This document shows, piece after piece, positions 39,803 to 54,005 of a stretch of DNA of 64,000 nt. The stretch's first letter is position 1, and each line of letters opens with the position of its first letter. A program made the translations under genes and the position numbers. The DNA comes from a bacterium (GTDB lineage Bacteria > Desulfobacterota > Binatia > HRBIN30 > CADEER01), in assembly GCA_031401035.1 (NCBI GenBank), contig JANNRA010000035.1, forward strand, positions 1,322 to 65,321, read 5' to 3'. Below the pieces are notes generated by a model. The model was not told where the DNA came from, did no database searches, and saw nothing but the letters and a program-made list of their open reading frames with translations.

Positions 39803-40732
39803 ATGCGCCTCGCCGTCTTTCTCCTCGCCGGTCTGCTCGCCGCCTGCGCGCGCGAAGCGACGCCGGTGAACCTGGCCACGGACATCGCGGAGTCGGTCGC
39901 CCGGCCGCTGTTGCGCGACGGCCTGGTTGCGCAGCAGGCGACCATCGTCCGCACCAAGGTCGCGGACGCCGATCTGCTGTGGGACAGCGATCCGCAGCGC
40001 GTGCTCGCCCTGGCGGCGGCGGGCGAACTGGCGCCGCTGCCGGAAACGGAGGCGGCCGACCGGCCGGCGTCTCTCGTTGACACGCGGCGCCGTTGGGCAG
40101 CCACCGACGCCGTCGCGCGGGTCCTCGTCTACGACCCCGAGCGCATCGCCGAGGCGAGCGCGCCGACGCGCGTCGCCGCCCTCGCCGATGCCGCTCAGGC
40201 GCGCCAGTTGGTCCTCGCCGACCCCGCTCGCGGCGCCGCCGCCTGGCATGCCGCGGCGCTGTTCGACCGGCTCGGTGACGAAGCGGGGGCGGCGTTCTTC
40301 GCGCAGCTGCGCACCGGCGGCGCCCTGCTCGTCGCCGACGACGACGCGGTCGTCACGGCGCTCGTCGCCGGCCAGCGGCCCCTGGCGTTGCTCGACAGCG
40401 ACCGCGCCGCGGCGGCGCAGGCGCAGGCGGCGCGCCTGGTCATCGTCGTACCGGATCAGGACGCGGAGGGCAGCGGCGCCTTCGTTCTGCCGTCGGTGGC
40501 GGCCGTGACGCGGCGCGGCGCCGCGAACCCCAGCGCGCTGGCGTTGGCGCAGCACCTGCTGGCACCGCCGCAGGCGTTTCGCATGGCGCTGGCGCGCAAC
40601 ACGTTGGTGGTCGCCCCCGACGCGGCCGCCCCGCCGGGGTTGCTCAACGTCTCGGCGCTGCGCCTGATGCCGGTCGACTACGCCGCGCTGGCGGTTCGTC
40701 TGCCGGCGGTGCGCACGGCGTTGGCGCACTGA
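39803..40732 (+). CDS. Periplasmic substrate-binding lipoprotein (ABC-transporter SBP-like)
   Basis: Lipobox LLAGLLAAC. Two-lobe SBP-like composition. Confidence 0.5.
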   Translation: MRLAVFLLAGLLAACAREATPVNLATDIAESVARPLLRDGLVAQQATIVRTKVADADLLWDSDPQRVLALAAAGELAPLPETEAADRPASLVDTRRRWAATDAVARVLVYDPERIAEASAPTRVAALADAAQARQLVLADPARGAAAWHAAALFDRLGDEAGAAFFAQLRTGGALLVADDDAVVTALVAGQRPLALLDSDRAAAAQAQAARLVIVVPDQDAEGSGAFVLPSVAAVTRRGAANPSALALAQHLLAPPQAFRMALARNTLVVAPDAAAPPGLLNVSALRLMPVDYAALAVRLPAVRTALAH

Positions 40733-40745
40733 CCGCGCGGCGGAC

Positions 40746-41534
40746 TCAGACGCTGGCCAGCGTCTTGACGATGCGCCCCTGGGCGCGGCGCAGCAGGCGG
40801 CCGAGCTGCAGGCGCTCCGGCTCGGCCAGCGTCGCCGTGTCGAGCGCGCGCAGCTTGCGACCGAGGCGTCGCACGAGACGCGCCAGGTCGGCGATCTCGT
40901 CGCGCGCCACCGGCTCGCCGGCCTGCTCGGAGCGGAAGCGCTGCACCGACAGCTTGCGCGCCCGCGTCAGGCGCCACAGCGTCTCCTGCTTCTCGGGCGA
41001 CTCGGCGCGCGCCAGGGAGATGAGGATTTCGCGCGAGACGTCCGGCTCGGCGTGCACGGCCTGCTTGATCGCCGCCGGCAGGCGCCGCAGCACCAGCGTG
41101 TTGCTCACATAGGGTCGGCTCTTGCCGATCAGCTCGGCGAGCACCTCGTGCGTATAGCCGTACTGATCGATCAGCGCGCCCAGCCCCTCGGCCTCCTCGA
41201 GCGGCGTCAGGTTCTCGCGCTGCAGGTTCTCGATGATCGCGATCTCCATCGGATCGTCGTCGCGCACCAGGGCCGGCAGGGTCGTCAGCCCGGCCAGCTG
41301 CGCGGCGCGGAAGCGCCGTTCGCCGGCCATGATCATGAAGCCGTCGGCGGCGCGCTTGATGATGATCGGCTGCAGGATGCCGTGCTGCGCGATCGAGGCG
41401 GCGAGCTCGGCCAGCGCCTCGGCATCGAAGTACCGCCGCGGTTGCTCCGGGTTGGCGCGCAGCTTGTCGACCGGCACCGCCGTGAGCGTCGTGCGTGTGC
41501 CACGCAGAATGGTGCCGGCGACGACGGGGGACAT
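40746..41534 (-). CDS. parB: ParB/Spo0J-family partition protein (no adjacent parA)
   Basis: ParB box 'LRANPEQPRRYFD…LAASIAQHGILQPIIIK'. HTH 'GKSRPYVSNTLVLRRLP'. Confidence 0.85.
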   Translation of the reverse strand: MSPVVAGTILRGTRTTLTAVPVDKLRANPEQPRRYFDAEALAELAASIAQHGILQPIIIKRAADGFMIMAGERRFRAAQLAGLTTLPALVRDDDPMEIAIIENLQRENLTPLEEAEGLGALIDQYGYTHEVLAELIGKSRPYVSNTLVLRRLPAAIKQAVHAEPDVSREILISLARAESPEKQETLWRLTRARKLSVQRFRSEQAGEPVARDEIADLARLVRRLGRKLRALDTATLAEPERLQLGRLLRRAQGRIVKTLASV

Positions 41535-41561
41535 GGCGCGGCTTTACTCGCGCCAGAGCCG

Positions 41562-41596
41562 AAAAAAAAGGGGCGGGGACCTGCGTCCCCGCCCCC
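41562..41596 (-). terminator. Rho-independent terminator after atpE
   Basis: The minus strand reads GGGGGCGGGGACGCAGGTCCCCGCCCC followed by TTTTTTTT (A8 at 41562-41569 on the plus strand). Confidence 0.85.
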
Positions 41597-41622
41597 ATGG
41601 GTGCTGCGTCGGACGAATCGGC

Positions 41623-41943
41623 TCAGCCGACCTTGCCCTGCAGGAAGAAGGCGATCACCAGGGCGTAGATCGCCAGGGCCTCCATGAAAGCAAGACCGAT
41701 GATCAGCGGCGTCTGGATGCGATCCGCCGCGTTCGGGTTGCGGCCGATCGACTCCATCGCCGAGGCGACGGCCTTGCCCTGGCCCAGCCCGGAGCCGACG
41801 GCGGCGATGCCGATGCCGAGGCCGGCGCCGACGGCGATCAGGCCGTCACCGACGCCGGCGCCCGCCGCCTCCTGGGCCGCCGCCAGGCTCGGGACGATGA
41901 CGCCCAGCAGGAGCGTGCTCGCTTTGATCAGAGTGTTGCGCAT
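41623..41943 (-). CDS. atpE: F0F1 ATP synthase subunit c
   Basis: '[60 protein letters not shown]' is a canonical c-subunit hairpin. It has an N-terminal extension. Confidence 0.9.
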   Translation of the reverse strand: MRNTLIKASTLLLGVIVPSLAAAQEAAGAGVGDGLIAVGAGLGIGIAAVGSGLGQGKAVASAMESIGRNPNAADRIQTPLIIGLAFMEALAIYALVIAFFLQGKVG

Positions 41944-42048
41944 CGTGTGTATCCTCCTTCGTACGGTATGCGGGTTCGCGTAAGGCCACGCCTCTCTGAC
42001 CTCCTCGCCACCACCTCGGCCGCGCGAGTCCCGCTGGGTTGATGTCGA

Positions 42049-42786
42049 TCAGTGTTGCGCGTCGCCGTGCGCGTCGTCGTGGCCGTGCCCGGCCGTCGCG
42101 AGCGCGACATACACCAGGCTCAGCAGGGTGAAGACGAACGCCTGAATGACGGAGACGAAGGTCCCGAGCATGTAGAAGAGCACCGGGACGATCACCTTGG
42201 TAAGATCGGTGAAGATGTCGAGCACCAGGTGATCGGCGAACATGTTCATCAACAGACGCAGGTTGAGCGTCAGCGGTCGCAGGACGTTGTCGATGATCTC
42301 CAGCGGCAGCATCAGGAACACCAGCCACCAGATCGGCCCGAGAAAGTGCTTCAGGTAGCCGAGGCCGAGTTTCTGGATGCCGTAGACGTTGTACATCACG
42401 AACGACAGCAGGCCGAGGCCGAGCGTGGTGTTGACGTTGCTGGTCGGCGGCAACACGCCCGGAATCAGGCCGATCAGGTTGTTGGCCAGGATGAAGAGGA
42501 AGATGGCGCCGTAGAGCGGCACGTACTGGCGCGCGTCACGGCCGACGATGCCGTCGACCAGGCCGGTGAACTGCTCGACGAAGACCTCGTAGAAGTTGCG
42601 CGCGGTGAGCGTCCCATCGGGCACCACCGCCGCCTCGCCGGCGTGCGCCAGTTGGCGGCGCGCGAGAAGCGCGGTGCCGATCAGCGCCGCGGTCACGACG
42701 CCGGCGGTCGCCACGTGGTCGGGCAGGTAATTGAGCCCCGGAATGATCTGCATCCAGGTGAAGCCGTGTTCGGTGCCTGCTGCCAT
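42049..42786 (-). CDS. atpB: F0F1 ATP synthase subunit a
   Basis: Conserved 'LRLLMNMFADHLVL' region (Arg stator motif). Start chosen at MAAGTEHGF (cat 42784-42786). Confidence 0.85.
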   Translation of the reverse strand: MAAGTEHGFTWMQIIPGLNYLPDHVATAGVVTAALIGTALLARRQLAHAGEAAVVPDGTLTARNFYEVFVEQFTGLVDGIVGRDARQYVPLYGAIFLFILANNLIGLIPGVLPPTSNVNTTLGLGLLSFVMYNVYGIQKLGLGYLKHFLGPIWWLVFLMLPLEIIDNVLRPLTLNLRLLMNMFADHLVLDIFTDLTKVIVPVLFYMLGTFVSVIQAFVFTLLSLVYVALATAGHGHDDAHGDAQH

Positions 42787-42802
42787 GTGCGGGTGCCTCG
42801 AA

Positions 42803-43165
42803 TCAGGAAAGGGCCGGCTGCGGCGCCCGCAGTGTCGCGACGACACAGGCGACGAGCAGCAGCGTTGCGCCGACGGCGAAACCGAGCGGCTCGATCGGGG
42901 CGCGCCAGAAGAGCAGCGCCAGCAGACCGATCAGCACGGCGAACTTGGCCAGCATCAGGAGCATCACCAGCGCCGGCCGTTGGGCGCGCACCGGCGTCAG
43001 CAGGCGGGCGCCGAGTTGCCGCATGAGCCAGAAGTTGAGGCCCATGACGGCGCCGCCGAGCAGCAGGCTCGGCGCCGCGCTCCACCCGGACAGCCAGGCG
43101 GCGACGACAACCACCGCCAGCATGCCCACGTGGAGCCGCTCGATCTCGCGCAGCCGGGAATTCAT
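42803..43165 (-). CDS. atpI: ATP synthase protein I-like small membrane protein
   Basis: About 120-aa polytopic membrane protein immediately upstream of atpB. Confidence 0.55.
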   Translation of the reverse strand: MNSRLREIERLHVGMLAVVVVAAWLSGWSAAPSLLLGGAVMGLNFWLMRQLGARLLTPVRAQRPALVMLLMLAKFAVLIGLLALLFWRAPIEPLGFAVGATLLLVACVVATLRAPQPALS

Positions 43166-43172
43166 GGAACCG

Positions 43173-43385
43173 TCAACGGGTAGGTTTTTTGAGCGACCAA
43201 AGCAAGAGACGCATGGCGCCGAACAGGCCGCCGAGGGCGAACGACAGGGTCAGGAGCGGCGCCGACCCGAGCCAGCCGTCGAGGTAGTACCCGGCGATCA
43301 ATCCGCCGACGATCGAGCCGGCGATCTGGAAGCCGAGGGCGAGATAGCGGCCGGAGGTGAGCAGGCTGTCGCGGTCGAGGTTCAT
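43173..43385 (-). CDS. atpZ: AtpZ/ATPase_gene1-family small membrane protein
   Basis: MNLDRDSLLTSGRYLALGFQIAGSIVGGLIAGYYLDGWLGSAPLLTLSFALGGLFGAMRLLLWSLKK is the typical ~70-aa AtpZ. Confidence 0.65.
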   Translation of the reverse strand: MNLDRDSLLTSGRYLALGFQIAGSIVGGLIAGYYLDGWLGSAPLLTLSFALGGLFGAMRLLLWSLKKPTR

Positions 43386-43446
43386 GCGGCGGCGGCCGTT
43401 GCACCGCGCCGGGTCGTCGCGCGCGGTGTGCTCGTGCTCGCGATCC

Positions 43447-44730
43447 TCACACCTCCCCCAGGGCCGCCTCGGCGGCGGCGATCGTCGCGTCGATGTCGGC
43501 CTCGCTATGGGCAAGGGAGATGAACGCCGCCTCGAATTGCGACGGTGGCAGGTAGATGCCGCGCGCGAGCATGGCGGAGAAGAACCGTCCGAAGGCCGCC
43601 GTGTCGGCGCGGCGGGCCTGGTCGGCGTCGTGCACCGCGTCGACGCCGAAGAAGATTGTCCACATCGACCCGGCGCGGTTGACGCAGCCGCGCACGCCGC
43701 GCCGACGCAACGCGGCGTCGAGACCGGCCGCGAGTTGCGCGCCGCGTCGCTCGAGCGTTTCGTAGATGCCCGGGCGGTCGAGCAGGTCCAGCGTCGCCAA
43801 TCCGGCGCTGACGGCCAAGGGATTCCCCGACAGCGTTCCAGCCTGGTAGACGGCGCCGATCGGCGCCAACAACTGCATCACCTCGCGCCGGCCCCCGACC
43901 GCCGCCAGCGGCAGACCGCCGCCGATGATCTTGCCCAGACAGGTGAGGTCGGGGGTGAGTCCCATCGGCACCTGCGCCCCTCCCCAGGCAAGGCGGAAGC
44001 CGGTCATCACCTCGTCGACGATCAGCAGGGCGCCGTGCCGCGCGGTCACCGCGCGCAGGCCGTCGAGGAAGCCCGGCTGGGGCTGCACCAGGCCCATGTT
44101 GCCGACCACCGGCTCGACGATCACCGCGGCGATCGCGTCGCCCTCGGCGGCGAACCGCGCCTCGATCTCGGCCAGGTCGTTGAACCGCGCCACCAGCGTC
44201 AGACTGGCGATCGCCTCGGGCACGCCGGCGCTGTCGGGCACCCCGAGCGTCATCGCGCCGGATCCGGCGCGGACCAGCAACGCATCGGCGTGGCCGTGAT
44301 AGCAGCCGTCGAACTTGACGATCTTCGGCCGCCCGGTGGCGGCGCGGGCGAGGCGAATAGCGGTCATCGTCGCCTCGGTGCCCGACGACACCAGGCGCAC
44401 CTGCTCGAGCGACGGCAGAGCCCCGATCAGCCGCCGCGCCATCTCGATCTCGCGCGGCGTCGGGGCGCCGAAACTGGTCCCGAGCTTCATCGTCTCGTGG
44501 ATGGCGCGCAGCACCTGGTGGTGGGCGTGCCCGACGATCATCGGTCCCCACGAGCCGACGTAGTCCAGGTAGGTGTTGCCGTCGGCGTCGGTGATCGTCG
44601 CGCCGGCGGCGCGTAGGATGAAAGCGGGATCGCCTCCCACCGCCTTCCACGCCCGCACCGGGCTGTTGACGCCGCCCGGAATGTGCGCCGCCGCTTGCGC
44701 GAAGAGTTTCTGCGATATCGAGCGCTGCAT
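43447..44730 (-). CDS. hemL: Glutamate-1-semialdehyde 2,1-aminomutase
   Basis: N-terminus 'FAQAAAHIPGGVNSPVRAW'. PLP lysine region 'DLTCLGKIIGGGLPL'. Confidence 0.95.
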   Translation of the reverse strand: MQRSISQKLFAQAAAHIPGGVNSPVRAWKAVGGDPAFILRAAGATITDADGNTYLDYVGSWGPMIVGHAHHQVLRAIHETMKLGTSFGAPTPREIEMARRLIGALPSLEQVRLVSSGTEATMTAIRLARAATGRPKIVKFDGCYHGHADALLVRAGSGAMTLGVPDSAGVPEAIASLTLVARFNDLAEIEARFAAEGDAIAAVIVEPVVGNMGLVQPQPGFLDGLRAVTARHGALLIVDEVMTGFRLAWGGAQVPMGLTPDLTCLGKIIGGGLPLAAVGGRREVMQLLAPIGAVYQAGTLSGNPLAVSAGLATLDLLDRPGIYETLERRGAQLAAGLDAALRRRGVRGCVNRAGSMWTIFFGVDAVHDADQARRADTAAFGRFFSAMLARGIYLPPSQFEAAFISLAHSEADIDATIAAAEAALGEV

Positions 44731-44987
44731 ACATCGCGGCTATATCGACCCCGACAAGGGGGTCAATCCGCCGGCGAGATTCTTCTTGCTCCCATTACAC
44801 GAACGCGTTAGACCAAGCCCCCCCGTCGCCACCGGCGCCCGGGATTCACCAGATACCGCAACTCGATTCCGCCCCCTGGAAGCCTGTGGACTGCGCTGTG
44901 GAGAGACAGCCGGGCCAGTGGCTTCATTGGTTGATATTCTTGGGTTTTTCGTCCAGTACACCCTGTTGATAATCCCTTCGGCTTCCT

Positions 44988-46328
44988 ATGGACAAGACCT
45001 GGCGGGCGACGGTGGACGCGGTGACCGAGGAGCTCGTCGATGCGAACTTACGCGCCGTCGTGCGGCAGCTCCGGCCGGTGGCGCTGAGCGGCGACGCCAT
45101 CGTCGTCGAGGCGCCCAACAAGCTGGCCGCCGACGTCGTCCGGGACGGCTGCCTCGACTCCCTCGAACGCGCCCTGGAGCGTTTGAGCGGCGGTGAGGTG
45201 CGCAGCCTGACTCTGACCGTTCCCTCTGGCGCCCAGCAGGAGCTCTTTCCGGTGGCACCGGCCCCGGCGCCGCCGCGCCCTGACCCGACCGGGTTGAGGC
45301 GCTCGGCGTTACTGCCCAAATACACCTTCGACAACTTCGTCGTCGGCGGCAGCAATCAGTTCGCGCACGCGGCGTCGAAGGCGGTCGCCAACCAGCCGGG
45401 CGACCACTACAACCCGTTGTTCATCTACGGCGGCGTTGGGCTCGGAAAGACTCATCTCGTCAACGCCATCGGCCACCAGGTACTCGATCGCCGGGAGGAT
45501 GCGCGGGTCGTCTACCTCTCCTCCGAGTCGTTCATGAATGAGCTCATCGCCGCCTTGCGGCGCGACCGCATGGACGAGTTCAAGTCGCGCTTTCGCCGTG
45601 TCGATGTGCTGATTGTCGACGACGTCCAGTTCCTCGCCGGCCGTGAGCGCACCCAGGAGGAGTTCTTCCATACCTTCAATTCGCTCTACGACGCCCACCA
45701 CCAGATCGTCCTCACCTCGGACAAGTTTCCGAAGGAGATCCCCGATCTCGAGGAGCGGCTACGCAATCGTTTCGAGTGGGGCCTGATCGCCGACATCCAG
45801 CCGCCCGACATCGAGACCCGCGTCGCGATCCTGGAGAAGAAGGCCGAATTCGAGGGCATCGAGATCCCGCAGGAAGTGGCGCTCTACCTCGCCACCAACA
45901 TCGACTCGAACGTGCGTGAACTCGAGGGTTCCCTGACCCGGTTGGGAGCGTTCGCCTCGCTCAACAAGTGCCCGATCACGGTCGACTTCGCCCGCGAGGT
46001 TCTGCAGAGCGTCCTGCGCGACCGCGCCGACCGGGTGGTAACGATCGAATCGATCCAGAAGGTGGTCTGCGAATTCTTCCGCATCCGTCCGACCGACCTG
46101 CGCTCGAAACGGCGTACGCGCACCATCGCCGTGCCGCGCCAGGTGGCGATGTACCTGTGCCGCCGCCACACCAACGCATCGTTCCCGGTCATCGGCGACC
46201 GCTTCGGCGGCCGCGACCATTCGACCGTCATCCACGCCGTCCAGGTCATCGAGAGAAAGGTCCGCGAGGACCCGACGTTCCAGGCCTCCATCGAGCGCCT
46301 CGAGCGGCTCTTGGAACGCCCGAGCTGA
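44988..46328 (+). CDS. dnaA: Chromosomal replication initiator DnaA
   Basis: Walker A 'GGVGLGKTHL'. 'VDVLIVDDVQFL'. C-terminal DNA-binding 'VAMYLCRRHTNASFPVIGDRFGGRDHSTVIHA'. Confidence 0.97.
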   Translation: MDKTWRATVDAVTEELVDANLRAVVRQLRPVALSGDAIVVEAPNKLAADVVRDGCLDSLERALERLSGGEVRSLTLTVPSGAQQELFPVAPAPAPPRPDPTGLRRSALLPKYTFDNFVVGGSNQFAHAASKAVANQPGDHYNPLFIYGGVGLGKTHLVNAIGHQVLDRREDARVVYLSSESFMNELIAALRRDRMDEFKSRFRRVDVLIVDDVQFLAGRERTQEEFFHTFNSLYDAHHQIVLTSDKFPKEIPDLEERLRNRFEWGLIADIQPPDIETRVAILEKKAEFEGIEIPQEVALYLATNIDSNVRELEGSLTRLGAFASLNKCPITVDFAREVLQSVLRDRADRVVTIESIQKVVCEFFRIRPTDLRSKRRTRTIAVPRQVAMYLCRRHTNASFPVIGDRFGGRDHSTVIHAVQVIERKVREDPTFQASIERLERLLERPS

Positions 46329-46567
46329 AGTGCAATGACTCGTCAGCCGCTGTGGATTACGTGCGGAGAAGTAGTGGAGGGGATGTGAGCAAGCAGGGAG
46401 TGCTCCGACAGACGGACGGGCCTGCGCGGTGTCTCTCCGCACCCTGGGTGGCGTCGACCACTTGTCGCGCAACGCTTTCCACAGATCCACAGGCCCTACT
46501 ACGTACTAGTTCTTTAATTTCCTTAACCAAGAAGAGAAGAAGCGCCTCGGCGCAGGGACGGTGACAC
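46329..46567. other. Candidate oriC segment (DnaA-box-like sites plus an AT-rich DUE-like stretch) between dnaA and dnaN
   Basis: TGTGGATTA at 46351-46359 (1 mismatch to TGTGGATAA). AGATCCACA at 46483-46491. AT-rich 46496-46545. Additional TGTGGA-type half boxes lie upstream of dnaA (44885-44905). Confidence 0.55.
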
Positions 46568-47674
46568 ATGGAATTCACCATCCAGCGAAGCGAGTTTCTC
46601 GCCGGTCTGTATCTCACTCAGGGCATCGTCGAACGCCGCACGACGATCCCGATTCTCGGCAACGTCCTGATCCAGAGCGAAGCCGACGGCGTCGTCCTTG
46701 CCGCCACGGATCAGGAGATTTCCGTGCGCCGGCTCTGTGCGGCGACGGTGAAGAAGAAAGGCGCGCTGACTGCCGGTGCGCGCAAGCTCTTCGAGATGAT
46801 TCGCGAGCTGCCCGAGGGCGAGATCAAAGTCCGCCAGCAGGACAACCACTGGATCGAGGTGTCGACTGGCAAGTCGCGCTTTCGTCTCGTCGGGCTCGAC
46901 GCGCGCGAGTTTCCCGCCATGCCTGAACCGCCGGTGGAGGATGCGGGCGTGCGGGTGAGCGCCGAAACGTTCATCGAGATGATCGAGTACACCCTCTTCG
47001 CGGTCTCGGCCGACGAGACGCGGGTCAACCTGAACGGCATCCACGTCGAGCGCAGCGACGACGGGCGCCTGCGCATGGTGGCGACCGACGGCCATCGCCT
47101 GGCGATGATCACCCGCGCGGTGGAGCGCGTCTCGCTCGCGCAGGCGTTGACGATTCCGCGCAAGGCGGTGCTCGAATTGCGCAAGGTGCTCGAGCACGGC
47201 GCGGAGCCCATCGAGCTCAGCGTCCAGGGCGGTGTCGCGCATGCCAGCCGTGGCGGCGTGCGCATGTCGATGCGGCTCATCGAGGGCGAGTTCCCGGATT
47301 ACACCCAGGTCGTGCCGTCGAAATCCGAGCGCCACGCCCTGGTCGACGCCGGCGCCCTGCACGCCGCCCTGCGGCGTGTGTCGATCGTCTCGAGCGAGCG
47401 CACGCGCGGCGTCAAGCTGCACATCGACGGGCCCAAGCTCGAGCTGACGACGATCAATCCGGACGTCGGCGAAGCGGCCGAGGAAATTGAAATCGATTAC
47501 GACGGCGGCCCCGTCGGCATCGGCTTCAACGCCCGCTATCTGCTCGATGTTCTGGCCGTTCTCCCGACCGACAAACGCGTCGAGATCGGCCTCAACGACG
47601 AGGTCAGCCCGGCCGTCGTGCGCACCGGCGGAGACGCAGATTACTGTTATATCGTCATGCCCATGCGGCTCTGA
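46568..47674 (+). CDS. dnaN: DNA polymerase III beta sliding clamp
   Basis: 'MEFTIQRSEFLAGLYLTQGIVERRTTIPILGNVLI' is a canonical DnaN N-terminus. 368 aa. Confidence 0.95.
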   Translation: MEFTIQRSEFLAGLYLTQGIVERRTTIPILGNVLIQSEADGVVLAATDQEISVRRLCAATVKKKGALTAGARKLFEMIRELPEGEIKVRQQDNHWIEVSTGKSRFRLVGLDAREFPAMPEPPVEDAGVRVSAETFIEMIEYTLFAVSADETRVNLNGIHVERSDDGRLRMVATDGHRLAMITRAVERVSLAQALTIPRKAVLELRKVLEHGAEPIELSVQGGVAHASRGGVRMSMRLIEGEFPDYTQVVPSKSERHALVDAGALHAALRRVSIVSSERTRGVKLHIDGPKLELTTINPDVGEAAEEIEIDYDGGPVGIGFNARYLLDVLAVLPTDKRVEIGLNDEVSPAVVRTGGDADYCYIVMPMRL

Positions 47675-47811
47675 CGACACCCCCGCCACGGGGTGCCCTG
47701 GCGGGCCCGTGACGAGGCCCGAAACACGCGTCGGAGAGTGGTGGTAAGCTGTTGATTTAGAACGGATATCTTTTACCCGTTCACCTTTATTCAGAGCCCT
47801 GCCTGTGCTAG

Positions 47812-52807
<4,996 letters not shown>

Positions 52808-52827
52808 GCCGGAACCCGGCAGCGAGC

Positions 52828-53913
52828 ATGCGGCGCTGGGTCCTGCTCCTTACCGCGCTGCTCGTCGGCGCGCCGTTGCCGAGCCGCGGCGCCGAGGCGG
52901 GCGAGGGCGCCACCGGGCCGCCGCAGCGGGTGTTGGTCGTCGCCGAGCCCCCCTTCGTGGTGCGCGACGGGGAACGCTGGTCCGGCTGGGCGATCGACCT
53001 GTGGACCGAGGTCGCGCGCCAGGCGGGCATCGACTGGCAGATCAGCGGCACCGCCGATCAAGACGACATCGTCGCGGCGCTGGCGGCCGGGCGGGCGGAT
53101 GTCGGGGTCGGTGACATTACGGTCACGCGCGAACGCGCCGGCCGCATCGACTTCAGCCACCCATTCTTCCGCACGGGTCTGCGCCTGCTGGTCAGCGAGG
53201 GCCGTGCCTCATCCTTGTGGGACACCCTCGGCGAGCTGGCGACCCCGACGCACGTCCGGCTCGGGCTCGGGCTCCTGGTGCTGCTCGCCGGCATGAGCGT
53301 GCTGATCTACGCGCTGGCGCGCCGCCACGACACGGACAATTTTCCCGAGAACCGCGCCGAGGGAGTGGTTGAAGCGGTCTACGTCGCCGCCGGCGCGCTC
53401 CTGAAGGGCCAGCTCGACCGCCGCCTGCTGCCCGGGGTCTTCAACCGCGTGCTGACCATCGTCTGGATGTTCCTCGGGACGGCGGTGGTGGCGTACTTCA
53501 CGGCCGCCGTCGCGGCGGTGGTGACGGTACGGCGGCTCGACACGGGTATCCAGGGTCTCGACGACCTGCGCGGGAGCCCGGTGGCGGCCGTCGTCGGGAC
53601 GTTCGAGGTCGACTGGTTGCGCCGCCGCGGCTTCGAGGTGATCACGGTGAACGACGTCGATGCCGGGGCGGCCTCCGTCACCAGCGGCCAGAGCCGCGCA
53701 TTGGTACACAGCGCGCCGGCCCTGGCGTGGTGGGTGGCCCGGCACCCGACTGCCGAAGTCGACGTCATCGACAACAGCTTCGAGCGCGCCTATTTCGCCT
53801 TCGCGCTGCAGCACCAGAGTCCGCTGCGGCTGCGCATCAACGTCGCCCTGCTGGCGCTCGAGGAATCGGGGTTCCTGGAAGAGCTCGATCGCCGCTGGCT
53901 CGGGGCGCGGTGA
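52828..53913 (+). CDS. Ionotropic-glutamate-receptor-like ligand-gated channel (periplasmic SBP_bac_3 halves split by TM segments)
   Basis: Signal peptide. SBP-like 'DWQISGTADQDDIVAALAAGRADVGVGDITVTRER…IDFSHPFF'. TM helices. A second SBP lobe. Confidence 0.6.
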   Translation: MRRWVLLLTALLVGAPLPSRGAEAGEGATGPPQRVLVVAEPPFVVRDGERWSGWAIDLWTEVARQAGIDWQISGTADQDDIVAALAAGRADVGVGDITVTRERAGRIDFSHPFFRTGLRLLVSEGRASSLWDTLGELATPTHVRLGLGLLVLLAGMSVLIYALARRHDTDNFPENRAEGVVEAVYVAAGALLKGQLDRRLLPGVFNRVLTIVWMFLGTAVVAYFTAAVAAVVTVRRLDTGIQGLDDLRGSPVAAVVGTFEVDWLRRRGFEVITVNDVDAGAASVTSGQSRALVHSAPALAWWVARHPTAEVDVIDNSFERAYFAFALQHQSPLRLRINVALLALEESGFLEELDRRWLGAR

Positions 53914-54005
53914 GTCGCGGGCGCGGCACCCGCGGGCCGCGCTGCGCGTGGACACGTCCACGCGGCGCGGGCTAGGGTTCCCCGCAACGCACGGGAGGAA
54001 CCCCC

